The translations under genes and the position numbers were made by a program. 64,000 bases of DNA from Myxococcota bacterium. GTDB lineage: Bacteria > Myxococcota_A > Polyangia > Polyangiales > Sandaracinaceae. Location: contig JAYZQJ010000019.1 in the NCBI GenBank assembly GCA_036149055.1, positions 1 to 64,000 of the forward strand, read 5' to 3'. The notes under the pieces are model-generated. The model had not been told where the DNA came from and did not search any database. It saw only the letters and a list, made by a program, of their open reading frames with translations. Of this stretch, positions 59,801 to 64,000 are shown piece by piece; the stretch's first letter is position 1, and each line of letters opens with the position of its first letter.

Positions 59801-60325
59801 CGCGCCGACGTCGTCGATGAGCTGCGGCACGCGCTCGGAGAAGCTGAACGCGCGCAGCATGTCCTTGCCGTCGGTCACCAGCTCCTCGGTGACGAAGTCG
59901 GCGCCGATGGCCTTCCACGCGTGGGCGAAGAAGCGCCTCGCCTGCGGGGCGAGCGGCGCGTCCTCGTCGACCACGAAGAACTGGTTCGCGAGCAGCGGGT
60001 GATAGGCGATGGCGACGCGCTCCCCGGGCCGCCGCCAGCGCGGCTCCCGCACGAGCGGGAAGAGCCCCGAGACGCGCTTGCGATCGGCGACGGTCAGCTC
60101 GAGGTGCACGCGCTCGAGCCGCCGGCCGCGCACGAGCTCCAGGGCCGCGACCTCCTCGGGGCTCATCTGCCGGATGAGGCGCCGCAGCTCGTCGGCGAGC
60201 CCGCGCTGGATCTTGGTCGGGCTCTTGCCCTGGCGGCGGAGCGCGTGGGCCCCGAGCCCGACCGTCGCCCACTCGAGCTGGCCGCGTCGTCGGCGCTGGT
60301 AGACGGTGACGGTGACCTGGGTCAC
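56855..60325 (-). CDS. Atypical ClpA/B-like double-AAA+ ATPase with C-terminal PCRF-like extension (1156 aa)
   Basis: GPPGVGKT; GPTGTGKT; LDEVEKAHP; PELFNRID; DGARSVKR; C-terminal LVLELYG..FLEGERGCH. Confidence 0.88.
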   Translation of the reverse strand: MTQVTVTVYQRRRRGQLEWATVGLGAHALRRQGKSPTKIQRGLADELRRLIRQMSPEEVAALELVRGRRLERVHLELTVADRKRVSGLFPLVREPRWRRPGERVAIAYHPLLANQFFVVDEDAPLAPQARRFFAHAWKAIGADFVTEELVTDGKDMLRAFSFSERVPQLIDDVGADPDPFADLELDPDRGRRKKKKRRSRYGRKQLRALGENLTARIADGAIPLGRPREPWRAQLGQLLDGPRKQPVVLLGPPGVGKTTLLHRWASDLLEADDFPSHRNLDRAHEVWRVSTARILAGMSHIGEWEQRCVELAHEATDPRVVLWVEDLHAFGTAGRSRESDRSLADFFRGPVARGEITIIGEATPSEWHRLQEHAPTFADRFATLRVTPTDPAETMHLLLHEARELEPSRRVAFTPDVYRAVLQLGETLHPGTARPGVAVDLLRRLAADASFEAQVEVEAQVEIDGDAVVRFLARRTGLPEVLLRPDASLDPDALEASFAQHVLGQDEAVRAAVDLVARIRAGLTDPERPFATYLFTGPTGTGKTQMAKALAGFLYGDESRLVRVDMGEMTGPDSVARLIGDRFDPRGQLTDAVRQQPFCVVLLDEVEKAHPAVLQLLLQLLDEGRLTDAGGAVTDFRRAVIVMTSNLGAKPRAAVGFGERADAVLRDVDRAVREFFPPELFNRIDRVVPFAPLTPEVAERVCEKELAQLLARRGLTDRRVFVFPHPEAVKRMAEDAFDARDGARSVKRHLEATVGALLSDELARGSRAEMRIARVYVEGEAYRLHIDALVEAPLEDARHALEGLLQQPASSLVKLLPRLLARTRDLQESEALEALEARRSALMERVGRGDARGASTLYALDRFRADLEALRADLDLRTHANADVARELEVDAVRERSEGDSGWRLKSKVKRLDRRAVRGPSAALSKNEILRRVGEITLLERAVGRLAEPAEHRVFLELLRVGQGRRPPRYDRAPDGLFGWLAELYAGLRGELVAAAARTPDGEIQASGEAVDLRALLATRPTQLVLELYGVATRSFLEGERGCHVWSSLLSGAEIVRVTLHDAESCAAVLEAHDDAARRFERALERGESPLPPDPAGLLPAVRRLRFDPPPRPGEAAPLEIEDYPSGQVIVERSRRPIDALRPLVWLRASRERGTP

Positions 60326-63300
60326 GACGCCTCGCCTTCCTCGTCCTCGTCCTCGGCGAGCACGTCGATCGAGGCGTCCGCGCGGCCGCTCCGCTCGAGC
60401 CAGAGGAGGTGGGTCAGCGCGATGGCCTCGAGGCGCGCCCAGTACTCGGCCAGCGAGAGGGTCAGCGTCGCGCCGCCGGGGAGCGTGAGCACCTCACCCT
60501 CGTGCTCGCGCACCGCGGGGAGCAGGCGCCGCCGGGTCGACGAGGGGATGGGCTCCGGGTGGAGCCGCGGCGAGTCGAGGGCGTCGTCGGGCAGGTCGGC
60601 GGCGTGGCGCAGCGTGGTCACGACGAAGGTCGCCGGGGTCGCCCCCTCGTGCCCGCGGTAGCGGTGGAGCCCCGCCTCGAGCGCGAGCAGGTGACCGGCG
60701 TGACGGCCGCGAACCCGGAGCAGGAGCGCGAGGGGGCCGCGGTCGGGCTGGGCGAGGCGATGGGCGAGCGCGTCGGCGTCGCGCGGCGGGCCCCAGCGCC
60801 GCTCGGTCGGCCAGTCGGCGGGCTTCGGCGCCGGGTCCTTCTCCACGTGGCCGAGGATCTGCCAGCCGAGCCGCTCGCGCGCCTCGAGCAGCCCGCCGAG
60901 CCAGCGGTTCAGCGGGCGCTGCCCGTCGTGCTCCTGCACGCGCACCGTGATCGCGTGGCGCTCGTCGTTCGCGATCAGCAGCTCCAGCAGCGCGGCGCGG
61001 AAGGTGAGGTCCGCCTGGCCGACGAGCGCGGCCATCTCCGACACCGGCTCCCCGGCGAGCGAGGCGACGACCGACAGCTCCTCGATGGACTCGATCTCGG
61101 CCACCGCCGCGTCCACCGCGTCGAGCCGCTCGCGCAGCCCGGCGAGCTCGGATTGCAGCATCGCCGCCTCCGTCCCGCGCACGCCGTCGCCGTAGGACAC
61201 CTCGGCGAGCAGGTACTGCGCGCGCTCGCGGAGCTCGGCCGCCGTCGGGACCTCGCGCGTCTCGTGGGCCCAGCGGCGGGTGGCCGAGACCCGGGCGAGC
61301 AGGGCCGCGTCCTCCCGGGCGCTGCGGGGCGGGCCGCGCAGGATCTCGTAGACGAGGCCGTCGCGGGTCTCGGCGTGCAGGCGACCGCCCTCGGGCGCCG
61401 GATCGCGCTCGCCGCGCACCACCAGCCGCGCGTTCCGGGCCGCGGCGCCGAGCGGACCGAGCGCCCGGGCCAGCGGCGCGACGAGCGCGTCCTCGAGGTG
61501 CCGACGCAGCGCCCGCGCCCCGTAGGCCGCCTCGAAGCCGCCGTCGGACAGCGCGTCGAGCGCCGCCTCGCTGACCTCGAGCGTCGCCCCGAGCTCCACC
61601 AGCCCGCGCCGCATCGCGAGGCGCTCGACCGTCAGCCCGGCGATCGCGCGGATCTCGCCGCGGCTCAGCGGCGCGAACGGGATCACGCGATCGATGCGGT
61701 TGACCAGCTCGGGCCGGAACCAGCCCTCCACCGCCTCCAGGTACCGCGCGCCCTCGTCGACGGCCGGCGGGTCGATGCCGACGGCGCGGCTGCGGTGCCG
61801 CGTGCCGAGGTTGCTGGTCATGACCACGATCGCGTCGTGGAAGTAGGCGGTGCGGCCGCGGGCGTCGGTCAGGCGGCCCTCGCCGAGCACGCCGAGCAGG
61901 AGGTCGAACACGCTCGGGTGCGCCTTCTCGATCTCGTCGAGCAAGACGACGCAGAACGGCTGCTGACGCACCGCGCTCGTCAGCTGGCCCTCGCCGCTCG
62001 CGCTGCCGTGGACGAGCCGCGTCGCCGCGCCCGGATCGGCCATCTCGGACATGTCGAAGCGGACGAGCCGCTCGGCCGAGCCGAAGAGGAGCTCGGCCAG
62101 CGCGCGGCAGAGCGCCGTCTTGCCCACCCCGGTCGGCCCGGCGAAGAGGAAGCTCGCGAGCGGCTTGTCGCCCGGCGCCAGCCCCGCCTTCACCACCGCC
62201 AGCGTGTCCACCAGGCGGTCCACCGCGTCGGCCTGGCCCACGATCCGCCGCGCGAAGAACGCCCGGGCCCGCTCACGACGCCAGGCGACGTCGTCCCGCA
62301 GGAGCAGCTCGGGCACGCCCGTCTGAGCGGAGAAGAGCGCGTAGACGTCCTCGGCCCGCAGCCGCTTCGCCTCCGCGTGGTGGGCGCGCTCGGCGCTCGC
62401 GCGCAGCTCCTCGAAGAGGCGCACCGCCTTGCCGGGGAAGGCGCGGTAGGGGAGGAAGCGGTCGGTCAGCTCGACGACGGCGCCGATCGCGCCGCGATCC
62501 AGGTTGGCGCGCTGCGGCTCCCTGCGCGCGGCGTACTCGATGCAGGCCTCCAGCGCGGCCCGCCCGGCCCGCGCGTCCTGCGGCTCGAGGCGCAGCGGGT
62601 GCATCGAGGCGAAGAGGCCGGGGTGACGGCTCGCGAAGAGATCCGCCGCCTCGGGCGTCAGCTCCCCGACGACCCGGACTCGCCCGTCGTCGAGCCAGGG
62701 GCGGATCGCCGACGGGAGGTCCACGTACGCGCCGGCGTGGTCGCCGAGCAGGTCGCGCAGGTCGTCGAGCCAGAGCACCGCGTCGAGGGTCTCGGCCGCC
62801 GCGAGCACGCGCTCGACCCGGGCTTGCCACTGCCCGGCCCCGCTCATGCCCGCCACGAGCTGCGCCCCGCTGGTCGCGTAGAGGAACGGCGCGTCCTCGC
62901 CCTTCGCGCGGAGCCAGCGCTGGACCAGGGTCGTCTTGCCGACCCGCGACTCCCCCACCAGCAGCACCGAGCGGCGCGCCTCGCCGCCGAGCAGGGCGTC
63001 CAGGATCGCCCCCGGGGCCTCCTGCCCGACCGGGTCGGGGCCGCGCACGTCCTCCGGGACCACCCGCCGACCGATCGCGCCGAGCACGCGCTTCGCCTCC
63101 GCCCGGCGACGCGCGTCGTCCACCCGGCGTCGCAGCGCCCGGGCCCCCGCGCCGGGGAGCGCGCGTCGGTCGACCTCGACGGTCACCCGGGACAGCTCGC
63201 GCTCCCGGGCCGACATCAACGCGAGCAGCGCGGTCGCGTCCGGCGCGAGCACGTGCAGGTAGCGCTGCACCTCGGCCTTCAGCACCTCCTCGAGCGACTC

Positions 63301-63669
63301 CTTCGGCCCGACGAACACGGTCAGCCCGTGGGGCAGCGCGACCGCCCAGCGATCCCGGCGGTGCGGGAGGACCACGCAGGGTACGGTCAGCGGGATCGGC
63401 CGGGCGACCGAGCGCGGCGCCGTGGGATGCGCCACCTCGACGTCCACGTGCACCAGCTCGGCGTCGGGCAGCGAGAACGCCGCCTGGGTCGCGGCGCCCG
63501 CCCGCTTCAGGTGCACGCCGAGCGCGAGCTGGTGCTGGAGCACCGCGTCGGCCGGGCTCGCGTAGGCGACGAGCGAGGGCCCGGCGACCGCGCGCGCGAG
63601 GACCTTCCCGCTCTCGAGCGTGTCGAGGAGGATCCAGGTCTCGATCGGCAACGAGGCGCGCGCGCTCAC
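60322..63669 (-). CDS. Atypical ClpA/B-like double-AAA+ ATPase with C-terminal PCRF-like extension (1115 aa)
   Basis: GESRVGKT; RFLPYRAFPGKA; GPTGVGKT; LDEIEKAHP; YGARALRR; C-terminal LLLRVRGRHAGHLLALEAGLHRY. Confidence 0.88.
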   Translation of the reverse strand: MSARASLPIETWILLDTLESGKVLARAVAGPSLVAYASPADAVLQHQLALGVHLKRAGAATQAAFSLPDAELVHVDVEVAHPTAPRSVARPIPLTVPCVVLPHRRDRWAVALPHGLTVFVGPKESLEEVLKAEVQRYLHVLAPDATALLALMSARERELSRVTVEVDRRALPGAGARALRRRVDDARRRAEAKRVLGAIGRRVVPEDVRGPDPVGQEAPGAILDALLGGEARRSVLLVGESRVGKTTLVQRWLRAKGEDAPFLYATSGAQLVAGMSGAGQWQARVERVLAAAETLDAVLWLDDLRDLLGDHAGAYVDLPSAIRPWLDDGRVRVVGELTPEAADLFASRHPGLFASMHPLRLEPQDARAGRAALEACIEYAARREPQRANLDRGAIGAVVELTDRFLPYRAFPGKAVRLFEELRASAERAHHAEAKRLRAEDVYALFSAQTGVPELLLRDDVAWRRERARAFFARRIVGQADAVDRLVDTLAVVKAGLAPGDKPLASFLFAGPTGVGKTALCRALAELLFGSAERLVRFDMSEMADPGAATRLVHGSASGEGQLTSAVRQQPFCVVLLDEIEKAHPSVFDLLLGVLGEGRLTDARGRTAYFHDAIVVMTSNLGTRHRSRAVGIDPPAVDEGARYLEAVEGWFRPELVNRIDRVIPFAPLSRGEIRAIAGLTVERLAMRRGLVELGATLEVSEAALDALSDGGFEAAYGARALRRHLEDALVAPLARALGPLGAAARNARLVVRGERDPAPEGGRLHAETRDGLVYEILRGPPRSAREDAALLARVSATRRWAHETREVPTAAELRERAQYLLAEVSYGDGVRGTEAAMLQSELAGLRERLDAVDAAVAEIESIEELSVVASLAGEPVSEMAALVGQADLTFRAALLELLIANDERHAITVRVQEHDGQRPLNRWLGGLLEARERLGWQILGHVEKDPAPKPADWPTERRWGPPRDADALAHRLAQPDRGPLALLLRVRGRHAGHLLALEAGLHRYRGHEGATPATFVVTTLRHAADLPDDALDSPRLHPEPIPSSTRRRLLPAVREHEGEVLTLPGGATLTLSLAEYWARLEAIALTHLLWLERSGRADASIDVLAEDEDEEGEAS

Positions 63670-63698
63670 GGCGACGCGAGCCTACCCGATCTCGGGCT

Positions 63699-64000
63699 TC
63701 ACCAGCGCAAGAAGACTGACCGCGCGGAGAGGTCCGACGAGAGCACCCGCCGGCGCCAGGCCTCGGCGTCCCCGTCGATGAACGTGGCCACCACCAGGGT
63801 GATCAGCCCCGCGCCGATCAACGCCACGCTGACGCCGATGGTGATCTCGGCGGCCCCGATGTCCGCCTCGCTGCAGCTCCCGGCGCAGACCGCGAGCGCG
63901 ACCGAGGCGCCCAGCAAGGTCGCGAGCCCGGCGCCCGCGGTGGCCCCGCCGCCGATGTAGAGGCCGTCCGCGTGCGCCGCCTGCCGCTCCGCCGCCTCGA
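63699..64000 (-). CDS. 3' end of a membrane protein, truncated by the window edge
   Basis: Frame stays open to the window end; two hydrophobic helices; ends SVFLRW. Confidence 0.6.
   Translation of the reverse strand, partial: EAAERQAAHADGLYIGGGATAGAGLATLLGASVALAVCAGSCSEADIGAAEITIGVSVALIGAGLITLVVATFIDGDAEAWRRRVLSSDLSARSVFLRW

Noticed and set aside
36809..63669. Functional link between mutS2 (ribosome-collision role in some bacteria) and the PCRF-like AAA+ trio
   Set aside because: They are about 15 kb apart with many unrelated genes between them, so proximity alone is not evidence.
54609..63669. Calling the ATPases clpB, clpA or T6SS clpV
   Set aside because: No Clp-N domain, M-domain or GYVG loop, and no type VI secretion genes nearby.

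Overview
Very GC-rich chromosomal window, gene-dense and read here as myxobacterial (Polyangiales/Sandaracinaceae-like). That assignment is inferred from the many Cys-rich lipoproteins, Ser/Thr kinases, DUF4388, and TSP3-OmpA and HzsA-like proteins. I annotate 45 CDS. Housekeeping genes include fadD-like, dsbD/ccdA, lgt, nth, sppA and mutS2. No rRNA, tRNA, CRISPR array, transposase or phage gene was recognised. Best candidates for undescribed biology: (1) three translationally coupled, atypical ClpA/B-like double-AAA+ genes (54609-63669) with HicB-like N-termini, non-canonical D1 Walker B, no GYVG pore loop and, in two of them, a release-factor (PCRF)-like C-terminal domain lacking GGQ, followed by zinc-finger/Yip1-like membrane paralogs; (2) a cluster of two hydrazine-synthase-alpha-like c-type cytochrome lipoproteins plus a secreted HEAT protein, divergent from a CcdA-thioredoxin/Lgt/TonB gene run; (3) a ~310-bp highly structured non-coding element present twice, each copy starting at an upstream TGA, one carrying an 8x14-bp tandem expansion; (4) recurrent TANNNT boxes 6-7 nt before start codons, suggesting leaderless transcription. 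All domain calls come from reading motifs by eye; no database searches were run.
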